Source of the DNA: TPA_inf: Saccharomyces
Taxonomy: Eukaryota
Length of the DNA stretch: 64,000 nt
NCBI GenBank assembly: GCA_000146045.2
Contig: BK006948.2
Coordinates: forward strand, 1,024,001 to 1,088,000
Direction: 5' to 3'
In this document: in pieces, positions 1 to 12,471 of the stretch
Layout: each line of letters opens with the position of its first letter
Position numbering within the stretch: position 1 is the first letter of the stretch
Position numbers and translations under genes: made by a program
Notes under the pieces: generated by a model
Seen by the model: only the letters and a program-made list of their open reading frames with translations
The model's database searches: none
What the model was told of the DNA's origin: nothing

Positions 1-1575
1 AGAGGTCGCCATTAACCACCAGACTTTTGTAGACTTAAATTGAGAGGAAAGAAAGCCGAACTTGTTTAAGAATTTCGAGCTACTGAAGAGTAAATAGCTT
101 GGCTGGCCAAATATTTTCTTAGACTTGATCATCTTCCTCCATATTCTTACGCTTGCGGATGATAACAAGACTGTAATCAAAATGAAAACAACGATTGCCT
201 CCACTAAGGTAGCTGCTGAGTCTGTTTGAGTGAACTCCCAAAGTGCTAAAAGAGATATCTCAGAATAAATTATGAACACCGCTCGATATAGTGTCCCCTG
301 TAAAAGTGCACTCCAATGTGTGTGGAAGTGTAAATATCTAATTGTCTTAACTTTAAACTTCTGAAGTACTTTCAAAAATGTTTTGAAGATAATAAACGCC
401 AATATTATCATACAAATGAATATGATAAAGAAGGAAAATCCCGTTAAAAAGAAATTTGATATCTCAATTCCAGCTTTGTAAGACACCCTTTTAATACCTC
501 TTAATACTAAAATTTTTGACAGATAGTCATTTGAATTTCTCAAATTTGAAGTGTATAATAAATCATTTTTTTGGGAACTTTCAATACCATTTAAATTACT
601 TGACGCTGATATGATTTTACTGTTCAAGGATCTTTTTTGAACACTGATCGATAAAACTTCTTTATTGCGGTATACAACGGTGGGGGACCCAGATGTTGCG
701 ACAACATACCAGTCAAATAACCGCTGCATAAAATTTATCCTTATTATTCCCATTGACCATTGGAAATTTTGAGTCCAAGCGGCGACAATAGGCGGTAAAA
801 ATGATACACTAATCATAGCTAAAATAGCCAAATTTTGGAAATATAAAAGTAGCGATATTGAATAAGACGCCAGTCTTGTTGAAGTAACCGTATAACCTTG
901 CAAAGAATAAACCACTGAAAACATAATTCCGGAAATTGTCAATATCACTAGATTCCACGATAAATACTCTGTTTGGACTGTTCTACCATTTGATAACATC
1001 ACTTGTACACATGCTAGAGGTTTGGTAAATTCTTTATCAATAGTGGAGTATGCTGTCACCACAATATATGCGTCTAAGTCAGGTATATTATATGTTATGC
1101 TTGGTATTTGGCTAGCTACCGCGGCCTCAACATAATAACTTCCCATGAGTTCTATATTTCCCGGCTTCAACGGACATAATAAATTATCTTGGATTCCACA
1201 TAGATCAAAAACTTTGGTATAAACATTGAGACCATATGCAATCAATTCTGCCTTGATGGTTATGTTTTCGCTCATAATTGTTTGTGCTTCAACATTAAAG
1301 AATAGAGTATTATTTCTCGGGAAAAAAGCAGCTTCGAAATACGATGCAGAAAACTGTGAGTCTTTAGCACAAGTCAACAGAGCCGAAGTCCTTAGATATT
1401 CTTTAGTATATGCATCAAATGGTACTGGGAATAGAGTCGATGCGTTGTTCAGTAGTGTAAAAGAGTTAGAAACCTGGAAAGTAGAGCTGTTAATGGAAAT
1501 AGCGTGTATTTGTCGGAAGATTGCTAGCAAAACAAAAATCCGAGATAAAGAGAAGACTTTAATGGGAAGCATACT
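1..1575 (-). CDS. YOR365C: N-terminal ~525 codons of a large multi-pass membrane protein, probably an Flc/TRP-like family member. ATG at 1575-1573 on the minus strand; the ORF reads open to position 1 and continues outside the window.
   Basis: Manual minus-strand translation from 1575: [24 protein letters not shown]... (signal-like N-terminus, several hydrophobic segments), no stop before the window edge. Position immediately upstream of and divergent from SCP1 matches chrXV synteny. Confidence 0.7.
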
Positions 1576-2006
1576 TATTCTCTTTACATCTATAAATCAG
1601 AGAGGTTAAATATTATTTAAAATAGCATTACGACTTTGCTTCATCATCCTTCCAAAATATTGACACTGCATCATTTTTTAAATGTGTCAGTAATTCGGGC
1701 ACAAAAATATAAATGGACCGCCATGAACTAAAGCTGTCGTCGATATGGATCGCTCCATAGCAGCATTATAAAAATTAAAAATGCATCAATACCATGCTAC
1801 AGTAATAACAAAATACAGCATGGATTACCACTACATATTCATCATGTCATGCATTATAGTTGTAACATATGCTGAACACCCATTCATCACGTGTAATTGG
1901 ACATCCGTGGAGTTCCAAAAGGAGTATAAACGCAAATAGTAAAGCTAAGATATAAGTAGTGTCTAAGTAAATGACTTCTTTGTAAGCGTACAGCTAAAGT
2001 TTACCG

Positions 2007-2609
2007 ATGAGTTACGATAAGAAGGCAGATGTCACATCCTTAGATGAAGATTTGAGACAACTAAGAGAAAGCAAATTTTCACCGGAAGCAATTCAAAATA
2101 TCAAAATATGGGTATATAAATCTGTCCTAAAAGAGATAGCTCCTCCTGGAGACTTATTGGAATGCTTGAAAGATGGAACAGTCCTATGTAAGCTGGCAAA
2201 TATTTTATATGAAGCAGACACAGGAGAAGCTAACCATATTAGTTGGAAGAGCTCTAAAATGCCATTTGTTCAAATGGATCAAATTTCCCAATTTTTATCA
2301 TTTTCGAGAAAATATGGTGTGCCTGAAGATGAACTGTTTCAGACAATTGATCTTTTTGAGAAAAAGGATCCTGCCATTGTTTTCCAAACGTTGAAGTCAC
2401 TATCTCGTTACGCCAACAAAAAACATACAGATAGATTTCCAGTTCTAGGACCACAACTGTCAACAAAGAAGCCAAGACCCCCGGTTAAGTCTAAACCAAA
2501 ACATCTACAAGATGGTACTGGATGGAGCACTTTTGAATACGGTTATATGAAAGGTGCATCTCAGGCTACTGAAGGAGTGGTGTTAGGACAACGGAGAGAT
2601 ATAGTTTAG
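2007..2609 (+). CDS. SCP1: Calponin/transgelin-like actin-bundling protein, 200 aa
   Basis: ORF-track protein MSYDKKADVTSLDEDLRQLRESKFSPEAIQNIKIW... has a CH-domain-like N-terminus and the expected length; synteny with RAD17 downstream. Confidence 0.9.
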   Translation: MSYDKKADVTSLDEDLRQLRESKFSPEAIQNIKIWVYKSVLKEIAPPGDLLECLKDGTVLCKLANILYEADTGEANHISWKSSKMPFVQMDQISQFLSFSRKYGVPEDELFQTIDLFEKKDPAIVFQTLKSLSRYANKKHTDRFPVLGPQLSTKKPRPPVKSKPKHLQDGTGWSTFEYGYMKGASQATEGVVLGQRRDIV

Positions 2610-2842
2610 AGAATTATTATTAACACTTTCTCTGGCAGAAATTGATAAATAAACATTTAAGAACCCTATATACGCAACCAAAGTTCCTTTGATATATTTT
2701 AGTTTTCCATCAAAGTTTTCCTACATAAACACTAAGGTGGCTAGAGACGCGTAACAAAAGTTAACGTTACCGGTAAAAATGTGATTATACAAATCAATCT
2801 CACAGAACGGTGTGGAAACAAAGTAGTTGAAGGATTTCAACT

Positions 2843-4048
2843 ATGCGAATCAACAGTGAGCTAGCGAACAAGTTTTCTGCCTCAACGGTGCACTTAGAAC
2901 ATATCACAACTGCTTTAAGTTGTTTAACACCTTTTGGTTCTAAAGACGATGTGCTTATATTCATTGATGCTGATGGGCTGTCATTTGTCAGGGAGAATAA
3001 TCATGTGATAAAAATCCAACTACTGTTATCTCGGGAGCTATTTATGTCTTATTCGTATAGAAATGAAACTGAGGATCACATGAAACTTTGTGTAAAAATA
3101 AATCATATCTTAGATAGCGTTAGCGTGATGAACAGGAATTCGGATGACATTGTTGAGTGTACTTTATCTTATGATGGACATGGATCACCATTTGTACTAA
3201 TATTTGAAGACTCGTTCATTTCTGAGAGAGTGGAGTACTCTACCTACTTAATTAAGGATTTTGATACTAATGGACTAGAACTCGATAGAGAAAGGATAAG
3301 CTTTGAGGCAATTATTAAGGGCGAAGCCCTTCATTCAGCCTTAAAGGATCTAAAAGAAATCGGATGCAAAGAGTGCTATGTATATGCAAAGACCGAGGCG
3401 AATGATGAGAATGTATTTGCCCTGATATCTAAATCTCAGCTAGGATTTTCTAAAATAAAATTACCCAGTAACAGATCCATACTAGAGAAGTTACAAGTAT
3501 TTGACGGAGATTCCACAACAGTAATAGATGGTTTTGCTGTAATTGGGTTCTTCGATTTCACCTCGTTTGATAAAATCAGAAAGAGTACTAAAATTGCAAG
3601 CAAAGTCCTTTTCAGGATGGATGTTCATGGCGTATTGAGTGTAAATATTCTAAGTCAAACAGACGATGTCATTATCACTGATACTACAAGACCTTCAAAT
3701 AATCGACCAGGTAGTATTCGCCAACTGCAGCTACCCAAGGATTATCCCGGTATAGTAATTGAGGTTTGCATGCTAGAAAAAGAATCCATAGATGAGGCAG
3801 CACAGACAGAAATAGAACTCCTGATGGAGACTAATGAACTTGGCAATCGTAATAGTTTTAAAAAATCAACTATAAGAAAAAGATATGGTACAGATAAAGG
3901 CAATGAAACTTCAAATGACAACTTGCTGCAATTGAATGGGAAAAAAATTAAACTACCATCTGAAGAAGAAAACAATAAAAACAGGGAAAGTGAGGATGAA
4001 GAGAATCACTGCAAGTATCCAACAAAGGATATTCCTATATTTTTTTAA
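2843..4048 (+). CDS. RAD17: DNA damage checkpoint 9-1-1 clamp subunit, 401 aa
   Basis: 401-aa ORF adjacent to SCP1 and RPS12; length and context match RAD17 (YOR368W). Confidence 0.85.
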   Translation: MRINSELANKFSASTVHLEHITTALSCLTPFGSKDDVLIFIDADGLSFVRENNHVIKIQLLLSRELFMSYSYRNETEDHMKLCVKINHILDSVSVMNRNSDDIVECTLSYDGHGSPFVLIFEDSFISERVEYSTYLIKDFDTNGLELDRERISFEAIIKGEALHSALKDLKEIGCKECYVYAKTEANDENVFALISKSQLGFSKIKLPSNRSILEKLQVFDGDSTTVIDGFAVIGFFDFTSFDKIRKSTKIASKVLFRMDVHGVLSVNILSQTDDVIITDTTRPSNNRPGSIRQLQLPKDYPGIVIEVCMLEKESIDEAAQTEIELLMETNELGNRNSFKKSTIRKRYGTDKGNETSNDNLLQLNGKKIKLPSEEENNKNRESEDEENHCKYPTKDIPIFF

Positions 4049-4193
4049 GTCAATATCCAGCATCGCAGAAAACGCAGAACTTCATTCAGCATTTGGTAAT
4101 TTTATAACATATAACTTACAATTAAATAAAAGTTTAACTATATATTATTATGTGATCTAACTCTAGAAAAAGTACTAATGAACATCACACCGT

Positions 4194-4625
4194 TTATTGT
4201 TGGGAGAAGTGTTCCATGATCATGGACAATTCATCAGTTTCAGCACCCCAGTTCTTGACAACAACAACGGAGGCACCGACAACCTTTCTGGCGTTACCTT
4301 CACGGTCGATCTTACCCAAACCAGCCCATTCACCTAATTGCTTAGCATCAGCAACCTTGATCAATGGAACCTTGTTTTCTGGGTCGTTAGCCAAACCTTC
4401 AACCAACTTGATAATGTTAGCTTCAGTAACAGAGCTGACCAAAACAACCAATAAAGCTTCACCTCTGGTTAAAGCCTTGGTAGATTCTCTCAAACCTCTA
4501 GCTAGACCATCGTGAACCAAAGCGGTTCTCAAAACAACCTTCAAAGCATCTTCGATAGTAACTTCGGCAGTTTGTTCAACAACAGTTTCTTCTTGAACTT
4601 CAACGACTTCTTCAACGTCAGACAT
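4194..4625 (-). CDS. RPS12: 40S ribosomal protein S12, 143 aa. Start taken at the internal Met MSDVEEVV; the track ORF carries 4 extra upstream codons (MRRK).
   Basis: Protein [14 protein letters not shown]...[45 protein letters not shown] is typical eS12; a UASrpg-like Rap1 box lies ~290 bp upstream. Confidence 0.9.
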
Positions 4626-4905
4626 TTTTCTTCTCAATAATATATAGTCTAGTTTTTGACTTCTTCGACAGTAAGATAATTAAACTGCTCCGTGAAGAGT
4701 TTTGAATTGGGAAAAACAATTGAACAAGGAACACTTATAGACCTGTTGTGATAAGAGATGACATAACTTTTATAATATGTCCTGCGGAGAATTCGATGAA
4801 ATTTTGCAAATTGTAAGTTTGCTTGAAAGTTTGCTTGCGGGTAAGGTATTCTGAAAAAAATAAAATGATTCCACAATGGAAATGTGAAGATGTTGTAAAC
4901 AAATC

Positions 4906-4920
4906 AAATGTACGGATGCA
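4906..4920 (-). promoter_or_regulatory. Rap1/UASrpg-like box upstream of RPS12. Minus-strand reading TGCATCCGTACATTT against consensus ACAYCCRTACATYW.
   Basis: Plus strand aaatgtacggatgca; its reverse complement matches 13 of 14 positions of the ribosomal-protein-gene Rap1 consensus; ~285 bp upstream of the RPS12 ATG. Confidence 0.5.
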
Positions 4921-5182
4921 CAATGGTAAACAGTACTGGATTTCTTTTTATATCACCGTTGAGCCGAAACAAACCCCGAAATAACCATTTAATATGCCAA
5001 GATGTACAAACCTCGTCTTTGCTTATTCAACTGCTACATTCGCAATACCTCAATAACGAGGTGCGTATATACATGAAGCAGAATTTTTTTTTACATATAT
5101 ATACTATTCATTAACTTGTAAGAAGACATTAATCACCGTTTCCTGAAGGGAAAAAAATACTAAATAGAATATGTCTTGCTCG

Positions 5183-6994
5183 TCATATCTCCATTTCACC
5201 TACAAATTCACCGGAACCTTCCATATTGACATCGTCGTCATCGTCTATGGCATTTTCAAATTGTTCCGCATTAGCAACGCCGCTAGCCTGTATTTCATCC
5301 TCATCTTCAAAATCTAAATCGAAGAAGTCATCATCACTGCCAACTATCTTTTCGTATAAAACTTTGGCTGCGGTGACTACTTCATCATACGATATCTCAG
5401 CAGAAGGCATGGTTGTATATATGACGCCATTATCACTCGCACCGGGAATATACTTTTTTTCCAAATCTTGATTTACATCAAAGAAGGAGGAGTTAACTAC
5501 ACCAAAGGGTGGCGTGGATGTGTATTGGGTATAATAAAGTTTAAATAAGAACTGTAATCTTTCCCTAGGAACATACTCCTTAAAAGATTGGCCTAACTTA
5601 ACTGAATTTACTATTGTATGACCATTTCCCGTTAGTTGAACAATTTCTTCGTCGTTCTCTAAACCTGAAGACGATTCCCTTAGCAGGGCCATTTCCATAG
5701 CTTCTAGAGCGGCATCAATGTCCATTTCAGCACGTGGGCCTTGTTCTGTGGTCGATAAATACCATACAATAGTTCCTTCTGGACAAATTTCGCTGCCAGC
5801 ACCGAGAATAAAGGCTTGTACTACTTCCTTATTACCAGATTTCAAAGAGCCAGGAGGGAAGACTACCATGGCGGCCGATTCACCCTCATTGAACCATTCA
5901 GTACAGGGGTTTTCAACTATACAGGTCAAACGATGAACCTGGTACTGTTGTTGAGGGACATGCTTACTGTCTTTAGGTGCTTGCGTAGGCGATATTATCA
6001 CTTTCTCTGAAACTTCAACTTTGGATCCATCTTGGAATGTGGCCACTTTAGTTGTAGGGTTGAAGGATACCAATTTCTCATTGAGTTTGTAAGTAGCGCC
6101 ACCTACAGCGGCAGATCTACAAAACCCTTGCGACAATTCTCCTGGCCCACCATACTTGGAGCATAGTGCAGGGAATGGTCCATAAACATCGAAACTAGTT
6201 AGATATCGACGAATCCTTTGTAAAGCTTCTGGTACTTTTACGTTGAGATCATAACATAACCCAATTGAGAAGATTAATTCGAAGACTTGTGGTTTTTCTA
6301 ATTTAAACTTTTCCCCTAAAAAATCAGACATGGTCCTCTCCGCGTAGGGTTGCCATATTTCCGTTTGTGCTTCCCAGTTGAGTACGAATTTGATAAATTT
6401 CATTAAGTTCCTCTTTGTCATTAGTGGTAGGTTTTGATCCGTGAATATTTCTTGCTTTGTATTTGTTAGTTTTTCGAAACAATCATTTTCATAAGTATGG
6501 AAATTAGATAAAGATTGGAATTCTAAATACTGGTGAACTCTTGATTTGATTAAGATGGATAATAAATCAGATTTTGCAAATAGGATCTTCGGGGAAAGAT
6601 CAATACCGAAATCTCTTGAAGAATATTTACCACTACCGATTAGCGTGGATACATACAACTTCGCATTTTTATAGCAACTTACTGAGCCTTCATTAACTTC
6701 ATTTACCCATCTTTTGATTTGGTCTACAGTTAGTGTGGCTGAAGTGTCACCGTAATAATCATTCTTATCAATATGAAGGACATTGGAACCTTGCCAAGCT
6801 AATGCAGCAGCCAATACACTCTCTACCATACCAGTCCCTGCGATTAAAACATCAACTTTATCTGGTGTAGTGGCTGGCAAAGGGTCTTCAATACCGGCTA
6901 AATGCGGGACAACTAGAGGACTTGGATTTTGAGTAAAACTGAAAAATGATGGGCGGCGTTCTGCCATGGATGGTCTACGTTCAGGACTTAACAT
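5183..6994 (-). CDS. MRS6: Rab escort protein (Rab GDI/REP family), 603 aa
   Basis: 603-aa ORF; N-terminal dinucleotide-binding GDI-like motif (DVLIAGTGMVESVLAAALAW) and acidic C-terminal tail; synteny. Confidence 0.9.
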   Translation of the reverse strand: MLSPERRPSMAERRPSFFSFTQNPSPLVVPHLAGIEDPLPATTPDKVDVLIAGTGMVESVLAAALAWQGSNVLHIDKNDYYGDTSATLTVDQIKRWVNEVNEGSVSCYKNAKLYVSTLIGSGKYSSRDFGIDLSPKILFAKSDLLSILIKSRVHQYLEFQSLSNFHTYENDCFEKLTNTKQEIFTDQNLPLMTKRNLMKFIKFVLNWEAQTEIWQPYAERTMSDFLGEKFKLEKPQVFELIFSIGLCYDLNVKVPEALQRIRRYLTSFDVYGPFPALCSKYGGPGELSQGFCRSAAVGGATYKLNEKLVSFNPTTKVATFQDGSKVEVSEKVIISPTQAPKDSKHVPQQQYQVHRLTCIVENPCTEWFNEGESAAMVVFPPGSLKSGNKEVVQAFILGAGSEICPEGTIVWYLSTTEQGPRAEMDIDAALEAMEMALLRESSSGLENDEEIVQLTGNGHTIVNSVKLGQSFKEYVPRERLQFLFKLYYTQYTSTPPFGVVNSSFFDVNQDLEKKYIPGASDNGVIYTTMPSAEISYDEVVTAAKVLYEKIVGSDDDFFDLDFEDEDEIQASGVANAEQFENAIDDDDDVNMEGSGEFVGEMEI

Positions 6995-7381
6995 AACTTT
7001 TTTTCGGTCAATATTAGTCTTCCTTTTTTTATTTGTATTATAGAAACTGAAATGTTGCTGTTAAACCCTTAAAAAAACAGTAATAAATTAAACTTAAATG
7101 TTTATATCCGAAGGCAGTATCCTAGTGTCTTTTAGTTTATTATCGCAATGTGATAGTTTATCTTTCAATAATGATGGAACGGAATAAAAATTTTTCTTGT
7201 ACTGATTGAATTTAGTTGCGAATTAACCGTACGCACAATCAGTGTATATTACTTCTGTAAAATCAAATGTGCAACAACTTTTGAATATATTTAATGACGG
7301 GAAAAGAACACGGGAAACGCTACTATTGTTGTATAGTGCGATATAGAACCTTTTTTTATCTTCTTCACTTGTTCTGTTTTC

Positions 7382-7404
7382 TTTTTTTTTTTTTTTTTTT
7401 TTTT
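7382..7404. repeat. 23-bp homopolymeric dT:dA tract in the MRS6 promoter / GPB1 3' intergenic region
   Basis: Directly visible. Confidence 0.95.
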
Positions 7405-7488
7405 CAAGTTCCACGAAAAAATTTTCTCGTTTTCCTTTAGTCACTCTTGTCACATAAGGATTATCCGAACCCCGCCCCGCGGAATTAA

Positions 7489-10182
7489 TTAGTTGGCTAG
7501 ATTCATGCTTGGTAGAATGAATTGTAAGACAGCTCCTCTCAAGTAAAGGCTCGAAATGTCTTCGCGACCGGCTACTACACCTCCTATTAAGGTCATGGTT
7601 CCTTTGACCAGTTCTATAGTACCTGCGACGGCCAATACTTGGTGGGGTGTGCCGACATGAGGATCCATAATGACAGATTCTTTAGTATCTCCATCATTTC
7701 GTATTAGCTTGCAACCTTGAAGGCATTGTGTATTTAAATCCACGACATTTATAACGCCACTTCCGAGTGGAACACCCGATATTACTTCTTCAGGAAGAGT
7801 TTCGTCCCGGTATATTCGGTCAACATCACCTTGTCGTAGACCCCCGATAAGCACAACCTTGTGGCCTACAGTTGTCATTGAGTGTCCTACCATACATAAG
7901 TTGATAGGTACCAAACCATCAGATTCCTCTTGTGTTTTGGCATAAAGGTCTATTTTAGTCCAGGTTTCGGAATCGAAGTCAAACCACCACATATCGCTGC
8001 AAACGTCATAGCCATCTGAACCTCCGTGGAACGCAATAGTTCTTCCGATTGATGCACATTTTTTTGATGGATTCAATGGTGGTGTATGTTTAGGGCTTGT
8101 GGGAGGACTGGATGTGGTATTCCTGGTAGACTTTGAAGAAGTGTCTTCACTAGTACTATTATTAGAATTGGAAATATGCATACTATCGCGACCACTCTTC
8201 TTCTCCTTCCTTGAATGTGGGATATTCGGAAAAAGTGGTTGAGAAGGCTTATTTCCTGGGCGTATTTCCAAATCGATGGAGAAGTCATTTTTCAAGTTCC
8301 TCAGTAATCTCGTTTCTATGGGTTCAACATCCTTGGTAAAATAATCTGGTACACAGCACGCTGAAAAGGCTCTTCTGCTCGGCCATAATTCTGGATCATC
8401 AATAATAGGGATCTTAGTAGCAGTTACAGTATCTGCAAATTTATAATAATTACGTTTCCCACGAGAAACTACAGGGATATTTATCTTCCACATGTCATTC
8501 ATAGCTTCATACTTGTCGTCACCAGTCTGACTATACCCTCCAAAGATCAGAATGGTATTAACAGATGAGCAAATGTGTGTTGCTGTGCTACAATGTTTGG
8601 AAGAGAGACTATCTGTAGACCTTGGGTTTGTTACAGGTGGAATTGCATCATCCTCTAAATAGTCCGTACTTCCTGGTGAACCAACCAAATCATCTATTTT
8701 GTGATCCCCATTACCTTGGCGATATGGGCTTATCGACCTTCTTCCTTTCGCACTTGTTGTGGTATTTTCATTGGATACATTGTTGTTGGAATTACTTATT
8801 GATGCCTGCATGTGACCAAATCTTGGCGAGAAATTATTGTAAATTGCAAACTGGTACGGAGGAGCGACTAATTCAATCTTTGAGAAATTGAACGTCACTG
8901 TATCTAGAATGTAACCAGTATTGTTCAAAAAAGCTCTTTTTCTTATAAAATATCTTCCCTTATCATCAACTTGGGTTTCCGACTTGATTTCAAACCCGCC
9001 ATACAAAAAGATATGCCTTTCAGTTAATTTACAGCCCTGGGTGCACACCAGTGGGGGCGGAATGTAACCAGAAATATCAGGTCTTGTTAGTCTGGAAGAA
9101 GTCAAGGAAAAACAGTACAAGTGAGGATTAGGAATCATGGATGGGTTATTAATTAGCTCTGGTATTAGTGGTGGCGGTAAATTCTTTATGCCATCCACGT
9201 AAAAATCCTTTAGATCAGGCGCTTCCTCATCATATCTATGACATGCCATCAAACCACCGACAATAAATAATTGGTCGTTCAACTCGACAGAACAATGATA
9301 TGAAAGGGATGGAAGTTTATATTCTGAAAATATTGAAGCGATTACAGAAGAACCCGAAAAAGTGTCATAACTTCTAGGAACACAGTCTGTACCATTGATA
9401 AAGAGTGGACATGTCTTGTTCTTGAAAATGTCTAAATCTGATTCCGAGAATGTTGGAATCGGCGTTGTTAACCTTACATCTTCCGGTTTCGAACTTGATA
9501 CTAATAAAAATCTAAATCTTCTAGTGATCATTGGCATCCATAAATTATGCCTTTTTAAAACATCACTGTCCCTTAGGTCTACCGTCAAAAGCTTTTTATA
9601 ATACTTAAAGTACGATATTGTCGAACGTGAGCGAAGAATTTCCAATCTTTCTGACGAATAATGGAAAGCACCATGGCACTTGGCATTACACTCGTCGTCA
9701 GTATTATCTTCAAAATCGTATATATCATCTTTGCTCTTACGTTCATCATCGAGGTTCTCCATATTCAAGGCAGTGTTTCTATTTCTTACTGTCATTTTCA
9801 GCGTATATGGATCTACCTCATTTACGCAATTACTGACGAAATCGTTCAAAAAACAGTAGGTCTTTGTTCTCTCAGTGAAGCCTGTAGAAGAATCAGAAGA
9901 ACTGATTACACTTCCTTGCCTAAAGCTGGTAAAAGTAAAAGGTTTTCTTGATTCATAATATTTTTTCAGTAAGGCTTCATTTTCTTTTCTAATCCTAGAG
10001 TCAATATTGTCGCTTAACGCTTGGTCGAAAACAGAAACATAATTTGAAATATACTTTAATGAATCGTATTGCTCCCTGTAGTGAGACCTTTCCTCTTTAC
10101 TGAGTTTGATATGAACAGCTGGCTGAATGTGTAAGGGATGAGCTTCTAGACTGTGCGATCCGAATGTGCTTGCTTGAGGCAT
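7489..10182 (-). CDS. GPB1: Kelch-repeat protein, 897 aa, negative regulator of cAMP/PKA signalling (Gpa2-associated Gbeta mimic)
   Basis: 897-aa ORF with kelch-like repeats; length and synteny match YOR371C. Confidence 0.85.
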
Positions 10183-10806
10183 TCTTATGTAGAAGAATTG
10201 GTACGGAAAGCCTTAAAGTAGCCGATATAGGGAGGTCGGCTCAATTTTTGAGTTAAAGAAAGTGCTGCTTTTGCAAGATTCTTCTCCTTTCCTTTAAAAA
10301 TGCCGATTTCGACTCGATATGTGACTTATGTGATGGGCACCATACCATACTAACAGCCATGTCATAATAATGAAATTATACGCCGGGGAATTGCTTTTAT
10401 GGGATACCCGGAAATTAGAGGGAATATCGTAAAATCTGGCAGTAACATCAATTAATGATACTTATAATAAATTGATTGAAAATAGTTACCTATTTACCTA
10501 ATCATATGTATATAGTTTAAACTCCTTAATATATATGAACATCCTGACGAACAATATGAAACCACAGAATAGTAGTAAAGAAAAGAAAAAATGATGATTA
10601 TGAAATAAAATGTAAAAAATGTCCTCGATTGATGTATGTATTCTTCGTGCCATAAATTTGTGATCGTTCTTTTTTGTTTTTAAGATATTTTCAAAATGTT
10701 GTGTAATAAAAAATGTTGAATGGGATGAAACAAGACTAAGCGAAGGAGAGAAAAATGCTTGAAATTTCGATTAAAAAAAAAAGGTGAGATGCAAGTTTGG
10801 TTAATA

Positions 10807-12136
10807 TTACTGTGAATTGAATAAATTTCCATTAGATTTAGAATTACAGCTTTTCCTTGCTTGTGATTTCGATCCGGAATCAGAAAGTAAAGACTGTGAT
10901 CTTTTGAGTTTACTTGCTCTTTTCTTTGTTACGTTTGAATTTGAATTCCCTGCACTCGAACTTGCATTCAATGATGATGATAAAGATGACGATGATGTAT
11001 CCTGGTTAAATTGATCAATATTTGCCACAATAATTTGAAATTTGGAAGGTTTCTTCCCATTTTTTTTGATTCGACCCTTTGAATTATTATTGCCTGATTT
11101 GCTCTTAAAAGAAACTGTGTTTGAACTTGAAATTGGATTGATTCCCGTATCACTTCTAAAAGACCCCATCTTGGGTAGCTCAGGAATTTGTAAGGCAGAT
11201 GTACCTGTGGTTGTACTATGCAAAGAATTACAATTTGGTGTTGGTGATAAAGGTAATCTTGTCAACCCCAAATCAAACAATTGGTCATCCACATTGGAAT
11301 CCAGAATGTTATCTGATCTCGAAGCTAACAAGGGAATTCTAGAGTTATCCAATTTGGAGATAGATTTAGTTATTGATGAATTTAATTGGATGGTAGTCGG
11401 TGAAGAGCCGTATATGTCCTGTTTATTTTCGTTGTCCTTAGTTAGTGTGCTAGTGCTATTGATGGTATCCTGGGGGGTTTTAATAAATAATTTTTTATTG
11501 TTAGATCTTAGCGGCGTTCTCTGTAAGATGTTGTTGGCATTTTCCAGCCCTATGGATGTTGCATTAGTGGTAATATCCTTTCTTGCCTTCTGAAAATCCA
11601 CTAACGCGCTGTTAGACGATATCAATGCTTTTGCATAAGGTGTACCGACGTCATTCAGAATTTTTCTTCCATATGGTGTCAACGACAGGGAGGAGAACCT
11701 TTTTGATGGAGATGTCGGCAGCGGTTGATTGAACATGAGATTCATGTCAATCTTACTCAGAGGAGTGCGTGAAAATGCGCCGGTGCATGAAGATGAGGGT
11801 GTTTTTCCATTACTCTTCAAAAGATTGTTCAAATCGACATTGCTAAAAACATTCTGTTGTTGACCTGGGTTCTCTGTGGTGCTTTGCTGAGCACCGTTAG
11901 AATCTGTTACAAATCGAAGTGGTGTCTTTGCCGGAGTTTTGTGAAAGAAATTGAAATTGGTGGACGGAGAGTCCAACAAAAATTCTTTGAATTGCTCTGG
12001 GGATGCAACCAAAAATTCGCTGGGTAAAGAGTTGCCGAACTGCAAAACAGAAGAAGGTTGAACGTTGATATCGTCCAAAGTCTCACTTGTATCTGTCCTT
12101 GTGACAGCAGGAGGTACAAGTGAACCTAGAGCTTGC

Positions 12137-12170
<34 letters not shown>

Positions 12171-12471
12171 GCTGTTGTATCTGCTGATGATGCGGTAATA
12201 TACTGTTCTCTACCAACGACGATTCGTTGCTCGAACTGTTGTGAGCGTCTGTATTGGCAAAATGATCTTGAGTCTGTTGATACTGATTAGAAGAATAGGG
12301 CGTGGGGAATTGAGTCGTTGTAGGTAACGGACTGTTAAAATTATATTTGAATTCTGACATTACCTTCAAAAAATTTGTATCTGCATTATTGTCCGTAGAG
12401 GGCTGTCTTGAGGAAGTTGCAGTTGCCCCAGTTGAGGTATAATTTTGCTGGTAGCTTATATCTCTGTCCAT
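10807..12471 (-). CDS. NDD1: G2/M transcriptional activator with a long polyglutamine tract, 554 aa. Start taken at MDRDISYQ, 4 codons inside the track ORF.
   Basis: Protein ...PHHQQIQQQQQQQQQQQQQQQQQALGS...; Ser/Thr/Asn-rich low complexity; synteny, divergent from NUD1. Confidence 0.85.
12136..12177 (-). repeat. (CAA/CAG)n trinucleotide tract, shown as (TTG)n on the plus strand, encoding the ~17-Q polyglutamine run of NDD1
   Basis: Directly visible: ctgttgttgttgttgttgttgttgttgttgttgttgctgttg. Confidence 0.95.

Noticed and set aside
1226-1609. 127-aa plus-strand ORF
   Set aside because: Antisense to and overlapping the 5' end of the long minus-strand membrane-protein ORF (YOR365C); corresponds to a dubious-ORF type artefact.
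2173-2475. 73-aa ORFs on both strands inside SCP1
   Set aside because: Fully embedded in the SCP1 reading frame region; no independent support; typical frame-shadow ORFs.
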